From contig CM059447.1 of assembly GCA_030390025.1 (NCBI GenBank), positions 3,286,001 through 3,350,000 on the forward strand: 64,000 bases of DNA. The letters run 5' to 3'. Shown one piece after another: positions 1 to 13,050 of the stretch. Under the pieces are notes generated by a model. The model saw nothing but the letters and a program-made list of their open reading frames with translations. It was not told the origin of the DNA and did no database searches. The DNA is from Squalus acanthias. Taxonomy: Eukaryota. Each line of letters starts with the position of its first letter. The first letter of the stretch is position 1. The translations under genes were made by a program, and so were the position numbers.

Positions 1-1210
1 ACTAATGCTACTGCATGCAGATTAGTCTTAACACAGGTGAAATGATTGTCTCAGGGTAGATGCAGCACCATTGGGACTTCAATAGGTAGGAGTTCTTATA
101 ATGTACTTCTAGATGGTGTGGAAAAGAGATTGGTAGGCAGTGGCAGCAGTCGGGAGAAATCGCTGGAGGAAAAGGATACATGAATATGTGATTAGCGAGA
201 TAAGCCAGTGAAACCTTAATCATTTTCTTATTACTGTTTTCCTTCTATTGTAGTTATCATTGAGACCCCTATGTATGTATGGATATGTGTGTTATATATT
301 ACGTACATAGACACTGGTCTTTGGGAAACATACACATTTTAACAATATATTTAACATACACATTTTAACAAAGCATGTTACAGTTATGTATTAATTAGCT
401 CGGAAGTTATGCTCATTATAACAGCACTCTAGGTAGATCAGTTTATTAAACAATGGCCTTAATGTATTAACACTCTTTTCCCCTCCCCCCCCTTCCAACC
501 CATGCCCCCACAAAGGGACCTGTAATCATTGCCACTTATGGACAGCATGACTCTGGCAGGGTTACCAGTACCAGTTTTGCTATCTTGAGATGGAATTTTT
601 TTTAAGCCATGGTTCAGACAACTTGTTCATAAGATTCCACAAGCTCTGAGGGGCAAAACAACTTGTTGGGTTAAATTTGTATTTTCAGGGTTTTTATGAT
701 GTTCATTGTCTTACTGCAGTTTGTGTTTCTGCCCCTCATTTATCTTCTGGTACTTGTGCTATCAAGAAATGCTCGATTTCAGAAGATGATACTGAAATGT
801 ACTAAATAGATTCCGTATTATGTATTTTTGTGTGTGTCAACACTTAACTTGGGGCGGCGGGGGTGGGGGTGTTATTGGCATGAGAGAAGGCAGTGATCAT
901 TAAGGTGATGAATGTCATTATGAATGTCATTGTGAAACCATTTTTGGTATATCTGTCAACATAAAGTTGCTCAAAGTAGGTGTAGAATTGGGCAGGTGTA
1001 GTATAAACCCCTCTCCAGACTGCTGCAAGAAATGCCTCAGGCCAATATCAAGAGCTCCCCCTGCTGCTCCATGGATGCACTTGTTTTGTACACCGGCCAT
1101 CCTTGCAGTCCCTGAGTAAGAAAGATTGTTCACCTGCTGCAGTTTTATGGTGTGATCCAATTTACGTCATCTTGCCAATCTGGGCTGGGTTCAAACCAAG
1201 TTACTGAAGT

Positions 1211-1655
1211 AAAGAAAGAACTTGCATTTATACAGTGCCTTTCACAACCTCAGGTCATCCCAAAGTACTTACAGCCAATGAAGTACTTTTTGGTGTTGTC
1301 ACTGCTTCAGTGTAGGAAACGAGGCAGCCAATTTGAACACAGCAAGCTCCCACACACAGCAATGTGATGATAACCAGATAATCTATTATAGTAGTGTTGG
1401 TTGAGTGCTAAATATTGGCCAGGGCACTGGAAGATTTCCCATGCTCTTTGAAATAGTGCCGTGAGATCTTTTACATTCACCTGAGACACCTTGGTTATGT
1501 CTCATCTGAAAGATGGCACCTCCAACAGTGCAGCAGTCCCTCAGCACGGCACTGTTGTGTCCGTCTATATTTTGTGCTCAAGTCTTTGGAGTGGGACTCT
1601 AACCCGCGACCTTCTGACTCGGAGGTGAAAGTGCTACCAACTGAGCCATGGCTGA
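1211..1655 (-). mobile_element. tRNA-headed SINE (SacSINE1/DeuSINE-like), near full length
   Basis: Minus-strand A box TGGCTCAGTTGG and a B-box-like motif; tail TATAAATGCAAGTTCTTTC; homologous to several other copies in the window. Confidence 0.85.
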
Positions 1656-3146
1656 AGGAACAATCTTGCAATCCACTGAGCCATCCAGTCCCACAGTAGT
1701 CGATATTTCTGGGTTTTTATTTACACCTCTGGTTTCAGGTGGGCTAGCTCAGTCAGTGAGACCACATGCAGCTTCAAATGAGATTTGAGTCAGGGAATTC
1801 ACAGAAGGAGTATGTGCCAATTATTAGAGTTTAGCCAAGATCCACAGCTCAAGTTCTCGTGGCTTTATCACTTTTCAAATTCTGACGTAATACGTCAAAT
1901 ACTGTGCAGCTCTGGAGTGATTCAAAGGGTGCCACGGTATTCAAGAACATTAAGGAGAAAAGCATTAATTTTTAGAGTTTGGACTTCAGTGCTGTGCAGT
2001 GTCCCGAATACAGGCAGTACACTGCATTTGGTCAGTGTCTGATCCTGAGATTAAGCCGGGTCGATGATTTTGTTTTGGATGGCCAAACACTCTTTGTAAA
2101 CAGTAGCTACTCAAAAAAAAAAAAAAATGGATTCAATAGACAATCCCTGGTAATTCTTAGGTAGTTTAGCTCAGAAACCCATTTGAATGAAGGTTTACCG
2201 ACCTCTAATTGAAACAAAATATTCTAACTATCATCCTTTAAGAAACACATTACTTAGAATCAAAGGTGGAATGTTACAGTTGCTCTCTCTTGCAACTGAA
2301 AAATGTTGATAGAATCTAAAGGGCAAAAAGGGCCTTAAGAGGATTGTCTTGAAGGATTAATGAAAGTATGTTGCAGATTGACCCAGTGAAACTTGGATAT
2401 AGGTTAGTAAGGGGATTGGCAGCTGAGGACTGCTGGTTATCTGGGCACTCGAGGCATTTTTCCACTTCATTTGTTCATGGATCTATGTTTTTAATTATCT
2501 TTGCATTCAGTTTGGCCCATTTTTTTCATTATTTGTTTGTTCCTTAATCTCATTTTAGAATTTTCTTTTAAGTCCTTCCACTTTCTCGCTCCACCCCCCC
2601 CCCACCCTGCCCAATAGATTTATTTATTTTTGGTTTCCAGTTTATTTTTCCTTCAATCGTTTTTTTTCTCCCTTTTCATGTTCATTTAGGAAATGGGGAC
2701 TCCACGGAGCCAGGCTGGGGAGGATTGCAGGTTGTGGGAACTCTGAAACAAGCTCGTACACAACAAGGCGGTAGGCAACACTCTACGAACTAATCTTGAG
2801 AGCAGTGGGTTACTTACAAACTACTTCAGCATGTTTTTTTTTAATGCAGTAGGAGAACTCTTGGGCATGTGCCACGGAATCATTTCCCAAGGTGAAGCAT
2901 CAAAGAGTGGCTGAGGTTTTTGGTTCATCTTTGTTTATTTTTTTTGAGGGGGCGAGGGGACAGACAGCAACTGTAAAGTTTGGCAACAGTGAGACTTGCA
3001 CCAGTATGTCTGGTAGGTAATGGGACAGTGTTGGATTAAGACTGTTGACCAGTGAAAGTTAGGAACTCCATCTAAACCTTGTGGACATGAGTTGCTAATG
3101 CCTGGAAAACACACTGGAAATAGCTGAGGAAATGGGGGGGGGGAGG

Positions 3147-3578
3147 AAAAGAGAGACTTGCATTTATATAGTGCCTTTTACGACCACCGGACGTCCCAAA
3201 GCGCTTTACAGCCAATGAAGTACTTTTTGAAGTGTAGTCACTGTTGTAGTGTAGGAAATATGGCAGCCAATTTGTGCACAGCAAGCTCCCACAAACAGCA
3301 GTGTGATAATGATCCGATAGTGTGTTTTGGTGATGTTGATTTGAGGGATAAATATTGGCCAGGACACCAGGGATAAACTCCCCTGCTCTTCTTCGAAATA
3401 GTGCCACGGGATCTTTTATGTCCACCTGAGCGAACAGACAGGACCTCATTTTAACATCTCATCTGAAAAATGGCACCTCCGACAGTGCAGCACTCCCTGG
3501 GTACTGCACTGGAGTGTCGGCCTAGATTTTTGTGCCCAAGTCTCTGGAGTGGGACTTGAACCCACCACCTTCTGACTC
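3147..3578 (-). mobile_element. SacSINE1/DeuSINE-like SINE
   Basis: Aligns along its length with the 1211-1655 and 55472-55803 copies. Confidence 0.85.
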
Positions 3579-5292
3579 CCTGGAGACAGCAGTAGTGAAA
3601 ATATTAATTTGATCCAGCTAGATTTAACTATCCCATCCTAAAGAAAGCAAAACTATTACATGAGACTGAATTATCTTTATTCTCCGGTTGCATCTGTGAC
3701 TGAACCAGACTCATTTGTCTTTATCTTTTGTGGTTTGATCTTGAAAAATACTAACTTGATGTACTGGTCCCAGGATAGCTGAGCTAATAAAGTAATCCTA
3801 AAAGATTGGACGTTTTGATCCCTATTTTGTAGGTCAGCTCATTATCTCAATGTTAAAAGTACCATGTGTTTAAAATAAAACAATGCTTCGAAAATATATT
3901 ACTGATGTATGTTCTGCTGAGTTGCTGCCACTCTTGCACTCTCAAATTCCAGACCAACAAGTCCCTCAGATACCCTTTATTTTACAGTATTAAATGTAAA
4001 GTGTCTACTTTTTCTTTAGGATATCTCACTTTAATTGATAATTACTATCTTACATAGAGGTTACATGGCTGGAATCCTCCAGTATGTTTCCCAAGTGCAG
4101 TATTCATGCTTAAGCAAAAGAGGTGTAAATGCATTGTGGCCTATCTACTTGTTGGATATTATGGTGTTGAGCATTCCCCAAGCGCTTTTGCTTATATTGC
4201 AAATCATAGATGTTGCTTATTACAAAAAAAAGTATTTGTATTTTGTGAATTCCGCGTTTAAATAGGTCACTAATTGTCCTTCCGAGTGGAGTTACTGTTT
4301 GTGATCACAGAAGTTGAGTGCGCTTGTTGGGTCAATAACATTCCTGTTTAAATTTATCCTGTATTCATTTGCCTGTATCCTGGATTAAAATGGTATGGGG
4401 AAAAACATTCAAATGGATGTTATCCTTTGCGTCAAGAAACTCAAAACTGTTCTCTAGATTAAGGTTAGAAATGAATAATAGTGTCAACCCTATGAGTTAA
4501 AGTGAATATTACCAGCTAGGCAAAAATGGGGACAGTAATAAACCAAGTTTCAGTGCCTTTAAACTGCTCACTGTGACTACCCTGTTTTCAGTGTGATTAT
4601 GTGAATGGTGTGATTCCGCTGAAGACAAATATTGGTTGATACCATCAGATTGTACGGCCTATGTTTCTTGTATTAAATCCACAAATCTAGTTTCAACTGT
4701 GGTTAGCTTTATTGGGAGCTAAAACTAACTTTAGTTGAAATCGGCTTTGTCTGCCTGCTTAACATGAAGTAGTGTGGGACAGATGAATGGCGCAGCCCTT
4801 TACATTTCCCTAGCCAGGAGGATTAGAAAAGACTGCTTCCTTGTTGGTGGATTTGGACCTATCGGAAAGCAGCCTTTTTGTACCAATCAGTCCTCCAGTT
4901 GGGAAGTTTTGAATAGCAACTGACTTGCCCCACTTTTTATGGTTTGGGGGCAGGGAAGGATAGTGGAAAGTGATGAGAGGGAGGGTTTGGGGGCTTGAAA
5001 TTTTTGTGTATGTTTTTTTTTACATATATCGGGGGGTCTGGCTCTAAGTGTGTGAGTGATCTTAATTTTAGTTTCTGGTGCTGTTTTTTTTGTTTGAAGG
5101 GTCTTGCCATTTTTGTGTACGGGGCTGTTTTAATTTTCAGTGTATCAGAGCTTACATTTCTATGAAGTTGCGTAGCCCATTTAAGGTTTTAACATGCGTA
5201 TCTGGCCCCTAGCTTCAAAAAGTTGGGCATCCCTCATCTGTACAAAAGTTCAGGAGAAAATGCAGGACTCGGTTTACCATGGGTATGTGATC

Positions 5293-5461
5293 GGTTTAAC
5301 GTCTCATCTGAAAGATGACACCTCCGACAGTGCAGCACTCCCTCAGTACTGCACTGGGAGTGTCAGACAAGATTTTTGTACTCGTCTCTGGAGTGGGACT
5401 TGAACCCACAACCTTCTGACTTTGAGGCGAGATTGCTACCCCACTGAGCCACAGCTGACAC
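5293..5461 (-). mobile_element. SacSINE1-like SINE, 5' (tRNA-head) portion
   Basis: Minus strand has A box TGGCTCAGTGG and B box GGTTCAAGTCC. Confidence 0.8.
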
Positions 5462-5884
5462 TGCAGTTTTGAACACTTGAGTGTTCAGACCATGACAGTC
5501 TGCAAACTTCTCAGATACAGAAGAAGCAAGTTAGGCTAAAGCTAAATCTAGATGAACGGATACTGAGTTTATTGATCAAAAGAAACATTGAGAGAAATGC
5601 AACACTTAAGGTAACACTTCCAGTTCCTTGATTATGTGAGCCAGTTAGACCTTTGGTTTCAGGTACGGCAATGGCCTCTGAAGTTATAATGAAATATTGC
5701 TGCAGTATGGTTCTTTTTAACTGTACTGCTGAAACCTTCTCATTACAACAGCATTGTACGACAGTGGAGTAATGAGCTGCAAATAGCTTAAAGACTGCAA
5801 TTTCTGTTCTGTGACTTGACAATTGCCTAACCTTGCACAAAAGACTGAGTTAGTTTTTTTTTTAGTTTAATACACGATCTAGGG

Positions 5885-6297
5885 CAGTGTTGTCCAGTAT
5901 GTTAGTCACTAGCCACAGGTGGCTAATTGGGAATCCAGATGGATGAATTGGAACATAGGAATTGCATTTCTGATTAGTAAATAAAATATGTGATAGACAC
6001 TTGTTGGGCTTGTGATCTTAATACTCTAATTCACACGCTGTATGAATGTACACTTTAACCTTTTGTGCATTTGTTGATAAAATGGTAAGACAATAAACAA
6101 TGTGTGTGAGTGTTTCTTGATTCTTGTGAGTGCTTAACTTTCTTGGATACTGAATGGTGGTAAATATTAAATAAATATACACGTGAAGTACGTTTACCTG
6201 TATTTGTAAGTGTATGCAAGGTGTTTTCTACTAAAATTAGTGCTTGTGGCTAAAGTGGTGTTGGCATAGCCACAGCAATTTATTTTAGACAACACTA
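5885..6297. mobile_element. Old hAT-Charlie (MER3/MER33-like) non-autonomous DNA transposon remnant
   Basis: Ends CAGTGTTGTC...GACAACACT; subterminal TAGCCAC/GTGGCTA motifs; target-site duplication (TSD) not resolvable. Confidence 0.5.
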
Positions 6298-7448
6298 TAG
6301 ATATAGGAATCTATATGGTAGATCTCTTGCATGGAAGATCTATAATGCTAGTTTTTATTTCACCTCTGGTTTAAGATGAGAATGCCAAAATGAGATGGCA
6401 GAAATATAACCGGAAAGGAGTGCAAATGGGACATTTGTTGAACCCAAATGTAGTACCGCTGCTCCCATCTGTGATCAGCTAACTCAGTACAGACGAGCAA
6501 TCAAACCTGCAATGTTCCTGGTCTGTACGGCTCAGCTACTAACCAGACGCACTTGTTGAGCCACCAGAGCAGCCTTACAGATGAGCTTTTTGCTAACCTA
6601 TGCAGTAGATTATGGGGGAAATGTATACAATTATAGGTAGGATTGGAATGGAATGAGCATTAGGGCAGCAAAAATGAATGAAAAATCAAATTGTGGGGCA
6701 GTTGTAGGGGTAATGGCTCAACTCACAAGCAATTGTGGAGGACATTTTATACAGCTCCAGTCAGTTCCTCCCTTCAACATTTGAATTTTAATCAGCGTCT
6801 CTTAAAGTGCCGCTGTTCCGACTCTCTAGCCCACCTAAAATTGAAGGAAGTTTGTAACTGTTGGTGTAACAGCTGCTCTTACAGTTGGCATGTGGTCTGC
6901 TCACGGGCACTTAGTTTAGACTCTAATTTTATCTGTGCCAGTGAGTTAAATGTGTCTTTTATTGCTGGTAGATCTCGGGAAGTAGATTTTTGGGCGGTCA
7001 CTCATGGGTACGACATCGAAGATTTTTTTTTAATCTAGTATCTTGGAGGAGAGCACTTCCCCCTTCCTTGTTTACTGCCTGATTTGTATGGACCAGCTAT
7101 TTACTAGTTTGGGGAAATCTAAATACAGAAGTGTATCATGACCATAACCATTGCTCCCATTTTCCAGATGGCAGGTGCTGGTAATGATTCTGCCATTGCC
7201 AGCCAGTTACAGCTCCTAGAAATGCTTTCAGAATTCAGTTGAGAAACGGGTTAACTTTCTACACTGATTTTTAATCTTTGGACATTGCTACAGCAGTATT
7301 CCTAGAGGACAATTTACAGTAGATTATAGAATACATTGTCCAGAGCATTGTTTCAGAATCCTGAAAATGTTATTTATTTGGAAGCTTTACTCTCGTTTTA
7401 TTCATGTGCTGGTATCATTGCCAGTCTCTATTTAATAAACCACTCTTG

Positions 7449-8372
7449 GCAAGATCCCATGGTGCTGTTCAAACGGGAGCAGGTGAGTTTTCTGTGTCCG
7501 AACCAACATTTATCCATCAACCAATTCACAAAAATAGATTATCTGTTCATTTATCTCATTACTGTTTGTGGGACCTTGCTGTGTGCAAGGTCCTACTTAA
7601 CTGGAACTGAAACTTAACTGGACCAACCACATAAATACTGTGGCTACAAGAGCAGGTCAGAGGCTGGGTATTCTGCATCGAGTGTCTCACCTCCTGACTC
7701 CCCAAAGCCTTTCCACCATCTACAAGGCACAAGTAAGGAGTGTGATGGAATACTCTCCACTTGCCTGGATGAGTGCAGCTCCAACAACACTCAAGAAGCT
7801 CGACATCATCCAGGACAAAGCAGCCCGCTTGATTGGCACCCCATCCACCACCTTAAACATTCAGTCCCTCTACCATCGGCGCATCGTGGCTGCAGTGTGT
7901 ACCATCTACAAGATGCACTGCAGCAACTCGCCAAGGCTTCTTTGACTGCACCTCCCAAACCCGTGACCTCTTCCACCTAGAAGGACAAGGGCAGCAGGCT
8001 CATGGGAACACCACCACCTGCAAGTTCCCCTCCAAGTCACACACCATCCTGATTTGGAAATATATCGTCGTCGCTGGATCAAAATCCTGGAACTCTCTTT
8101 CCTAACAGCACTGTGGGAGCGCCTTCACCACATGGATTGCAGTGGTTCAAGAAGGCGGCTCACCACCACCTTATCAAGGGCAATTAGGGATGGGCAATAA
8201 ATGCTGGCACTACCAGCGACGCCCACATCCCAGGAACGAATTAAAAAAAAACTGGCCGTCGCATTTGCCAACATTGCAACAGTTGCTTTACATCAAAAAT
8301 GCTTCATTGACTGTGGAGCACTTTGGGACATTATGATGACGTGATAGGTGCTATATAAATGCAAGTTTTTTT
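7449..8372 (+). mobile_element. Degenerate SacSINE1-like SINE (7449-7588 and 8251-8372) split by a LINE insertion
   Basis: SINE sequence stops at ...CTTGCTGTGTGCAA and resumes CTGGCCGTCGCATT... after the LINE poly(A). Confidence 0.72.
7600..8251 (+). mobile_element. 5'-truncated non-LTR retrotransposon (CR1/L2-group) 3' end with poly(A)
   Basis: ORF 7640-7945 IYKAQVRSVMEYSPLAW...LDIIQDKAARLI is a post-RT C-terminal LINE motif; A-rich tail at 8243-8251. Confidence 0.85.
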
Positions 8373-10879
8373 TAATTACAGATTTTCTTTTCTTGAAGGG
8401 GAGGGGAGAAAATTTGTTCTCAGCAAAAAACAAACCAATGTCAATAGGTATTGTGGGTGGTGGGTATTCCAGCAATGTTCAGTTTTTCTGCTTCCAGTAC
8501 AAGTATATTCAAACTAGTTATTCATTTAATGCAGTGTGCTGCTAATGGTCATTTACGACAATTTTGTCCAAATTTCAAACTTGAACACAGCATCTGATTT
8601 TGTTAAAGGACTATAAAAGGACCTGGATCTTGGATGCTGTTGGTGCCCTAATTCTGTTGGTTTAAGTCTAAGAGCTGCTTGCCAGTCAGGCTGCCAATCA
8701 GTCAAGCTGTCTTGCTGCCACTGGTTCAGGTTGCATTTTTACCAGGTTCTCAACTTGGTCACCAAATACCCTGTGATGACACTAACTCAATGAAAATCAG
8801 ATATTTCAACTTGGGCTGAGCCAAAAATATGAGTACTTTTTTTTTTGCATGACCAAATCTCAGCTATCAGTTACAGACTGGATTTTCTCCATAACTGGGA
8901 TGGAGCTCCTTGCTGTGGAGGGGCTAATGTCCAGAAAATCTGGAATAATTTTTGGCACGCACTAATAGATACATTGCGGCCATATGGTTATACAGTACTC
9001 CAGACCCTGGCTGAAAGAGGTTGCCTTGGGTAGAGCTAGTTTAGGAAAATGCAGCTACAGTGGCATCTGGTGACTTGGAAGAAAATGTAATACAGAATAT
9101 GCTATACTGCAGTTACCAATTTGAGACCTACATTGAACAATGCAGAGCTGAGTTATTCTCTGCCTTTGTATTGCTGTCTAGTGAGAAGTGGAGCTCTATA
9201 TGTATGTATGCGTACTTGCCTGCATGTGCAGAGTTCAACTCACCAGCATCCACCTGTAGACTAACTTATTAATGTTAAGGAGGAACAGGACAGTCCGCTC
9301 TTTGCCAACATTAAAAAGTTGCTCCTGTGTTCCAAACAACTAATTGTGATGATACAGCAGTTGGTGTGAGTCTGCCTTCTTGAGGGAGCACCACTTGTCC
9401 AAATATAATTTGGGTGATGTCACTCCAGATTTTTACCAAACAGTTTATGTTGGTACGAAGCTGAAACCAGTTTGTTTCAATGTAAACTGTGTAGTATTAC
9501 TGACATGTAATAATATTGGACCCAGAGGTATTCAAAATCACTTGAGATATACATGGGACCTTTTTTTAAACTCCGTTTCTTTTGCCATGCTAATTTCTGC
9601 ATTCACTTCTGAACGTGTTGGTTTCTTCTATTCTTGCTGACGCACAGTTCGTGGCCACTCGCAGCCCTCCAGTACCTTGCCTAACTGGTCATTCATTATT
9701 TGCGTGTGAGCTTTGATGGTGGGTTTGGCAGGTTATTGAACTGCAGGACAAAATGGACCAGCCAAATCCTACCCTCGCCCAATGTCCCAGAAGCGCACTT
9801 CCAACAGGGGTTGCTGATAATGATCACAAATGGGAACTTTGCTAAGGGCAGTTGTTGTACTTCTTCTGTCCTGGCTGAGCCCAGCTGACTGAGGAGACTG
9901 GGAATAGATGTGGGAACTTCTTGGTTTATATGGCTCACTCACTCGTTGGATATATTTGTTAAGCCATCAGGGGAGCTGTCCTGGTAATGGACTATTAGTG
10001 AGGTATATTAGTGAAGTATTCAATAAATATCACATACTTTAAGAAGAGTATTCTTTCAGAAAAGTAATTTCCATAACACATTGAAATGTGTGTGTGAACT
10101 TTTCCGTGCGCTTGTAGCAAAATTATGTCCGCAGCATTAATTTTTACAGGCTGTCGTCACACCACCTAGAAACGTTGTCTTTTTGAAGATGAGGATTTTT
10201 CTCTTGCTTTCAGGAAATCAGATTTGCATAGGCAGGCAGATGCAGGTCTGCTGCAATGCATACCTTGTTGAATGTTCTGGGATGTTGCTAGTTCCAAGTG
10301 TTTTAGTGGAAGGAACGTAATGGTACCTCACTGGTGAATCTCCAACTTCTGTGGATCTTGGTGAAGATGAGATTCAGATTTGGGAGTTCATGGTGCACTT
10401 CCATAGCTGTAGGCATATAACCAGGAGTATGTAGATGTATGCTTACATCTCTGCTTTCCACATTACAAAAAGTACTTTCAATAAAATTACCAAGTAGCTG
10501 GGGGTGTTTTTAGTTGAGTTTTGTTGAAGATATGTTTTCCTTCAAATATTGTATATTTTGTGGTCTTATTTCTTGTTTAAAATTCTACATTGTGTCCAGC
10601 CTGTTGGGTTTTTTTTTGGTATAAAGTGTATTTTCCAGTTTTTTAAAAAACCTTGTAAATAACTGCAGTCTTGATTGGTACTGAAATTTAGTAAAACATT
10701 GAGAAACATGTTAGTTACATGTTGTGCTTTTGTTGCTTGCTACCAATAATCTGTTTAAACTGCTGTTTCTCCCAAAATGCAGGTTATGATTGGTAATTAG
10801 GTATTGCTGTGATTAGAACTCCTCTGTGCTGCTTAGCCTGGGGCTTCAGCAGGTGCGGGTATCAGCTGCATTCCCAAAA

Positions 10880-13050
10880 GTGTTCAGTCGTCCTAGCCCC
10901 AAGGCATTTTTTCATTTAAACAACTCAAGATGCCCTCTCCACTGTGTACTAAATCCTCTTCTTCACAGTTCCAGCCTTTGTTCCTCTCATCGCCAGGCTT
11001 CCGAAGAATCTTCCTCATTTGTGCTGTCACCTCCACTGCACGCACCTCACACTTTTCATTTCTGCACTCAGTGACATTATACTCCAGCTGTGGTCCAACC
11101 AGTATCTTGTACAAATTCAACTTCATCTGCACCCATATGTCTTTCTCTTCCTCCATTCTGTTAAGTTATTTGGCAGATGGAATACAACACTGGAAAGTGT
11201 GAGGTGATGCACTTTGGCAGGAAAAATCCTAGAGCAATTTATTATCTTAATGGCAAGAAACTGGAGAGTACTGAAGTGCAAAGGGATCTGGGGGTCCTGG
11301 TGCACGAAACTCAAAAGGTTAGTATGCAGGTGCAGCAAGTGATTAAGAAGGCAAATGGAATGTTGGCTTTCATTGCTAGGGGGATAGAATATAAAAATAG
11401 GGAGGTATTGCTTCAGTTGTACAAGGTATTGGTGAGACCGCACCTGGAATACTGCATACAGTTTTGGTGTCCTTACTTAAGGAAAGACATCCTTGCTCTC
11501 GAGGCAGTGCAAAAAAGGTTCACTCGGTTAATCCCGGGGATGAGGGGGTGGTCATATGAGGAGAGGTTGGGTAGATTGGGACTCTACTCATTGGAGTTCA
11601 GAAGAATGAGAGGCGATCTTATTGAAACATATAAGATTGTGAAGGGGTTGGATCGGGTGGATGCGGGGAGGATGTTCCCGATGACGGGTGAGACGAGAAC
11701 TAGGGGACATAGTCTTAGAATAAGGGGCTGCTCTTTCAAAACTGAGATGAGGAGGAACTACTTCACTCAGAGGGTGGTAGGTCCATGGAATATGCTGCCA
11801 CAAAAAGCTGTAGAAGCTACAACATTAATTAAATTTAAAACAGAAATAGACAGTTTCCTAGAAGTAAAGGGCATTAAGGGTTACGGGGAGCGGGCAGGAA
11901 TTTGGACATGAGTCTAGGTTCGGATCGGTCATGGCCCTGTGGGTAGTGGAGCGGGCCCAGGGACTGTGTAGCCTGATTCTGCTCCTATTTCGTGTGTGCA
12001 ATTCTGTTAGATGCAGGAGATGGTTCTGTGATAGATAGTAGATTGGCGGTTAGGATCAGATCAGCCATGATCTTATTGAATGGCGGAGCAGGCTCGAGGG
12101 GCCGATTGGCCTACTCCTGCTCCTATTTCTTATGTTCTTATGTTCTTATGTAAGTGTTGTCCCATTTAGGTATACTTCCTTCACTGAATTTCTCCCCAAA
12201 ATATACTAGTTGACATTTCTCTGCATTGATTTGCATCTGCCACGTTTTGCCCACCCTGCTAACCTGTCTGTCGTGCAGTCTCCTGCTCCTGCATTCTTCC
12301 CCACAGTTGGTCATACCCCTTAATTTGGTATTATCAACAAGTTGTTATAATCCACTTATGCCCATATCCAAATGGAAAAACAAGTTGTCCCAGTACAGAT
12401 CTCTAGCACACTTCACATACCCAAGTCTTGCTAATCTGAAAAATATTAATTTATCCCTATTCTCTGCTTTCTGTCACTTAGCCATCACTCTATCCACGTG
12501 GCTATATTAACTTGAATAACCTGTATCTTGACATGTCTCTGATATGACACCTTAATCTATACATACAACCTACAGTGCAATTTCCTTTATCAGACACTGA
12601 TTTCATCAAAACATTTAGGCACCATCTGCTTTTTACAGATCCATTCCGACTGTCTCTGATTAACGAATACCTTTCTAAATATTCAATCATTTCACCCCAT
12701 ATTATGAAGCCTGGAAATTTACCCACACCCAGGGTTAGACTAACTGGCCCATAAATTCCTGCCTTATTCCTTTCTCTCTTTGTCAATAGGGGTGGAACAT
12801 TTGTCTTTCCAATCCTTTGGCACAATGAATTTCTGTTTCCAAATTTTTTTTTTAGGAAATTATTATTAGTGCCTCCTATTTCCTCTCCAATTTCCCTCCC
12901 TATTATGAGATGCATCACATCTGGGCCCAGTGATGATTTTTTGTACTTTTTAAGTCCTATTAACTTTTTAATATAGTTTCCTTTTGAATATTTATTTCGA
13001 GTAGTGGCTGTTCCCCGACTACTTCCGGTGTTGAACCCAGTCATTGTAAT
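10880..13050 (-). mobile_element. Old degenerate CR1 LINE (interrupted by the young CR1 at 11171-12150)
   Basis: Minus-strand remnants LNLYKILVGPQLEY (10893-11156) and YGPVSLTLGVGK (12502-13044) on either side of the younger insert. Confidence 0.7.
11171..12150 (+). mobile_element. Young 5'-truncated CR1 LINE (ORF2 C-terminus intact, (TTCTTATG)n tail)
   Basis: 244-aa uninterrupted ORF with [36 protein letters not shown]; 8-nt repeat tail typical of CR1. Confidence 0.95.

Noticed and set aside
1-85. ACTAAT, TGCATG and CACAG|G acceptor-like cluster at the window start
   Set aside because: Poor pyrimidine tract, an in-frame stop in phase 1, and context truncated by the window edge.
254-272. 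19-nt microexon-like segment (strong acceptor, TAT|GTATGT)
   Set aside because: The donor lies in TA/TG low-complexity sequence, the segment is frameshifting, and there is no other support.
5380-5461. tRNA-like A/B-box sequence
   Set aside because: It is the head of a SINE that continues into SINE body sequence, not a tRNA gene.
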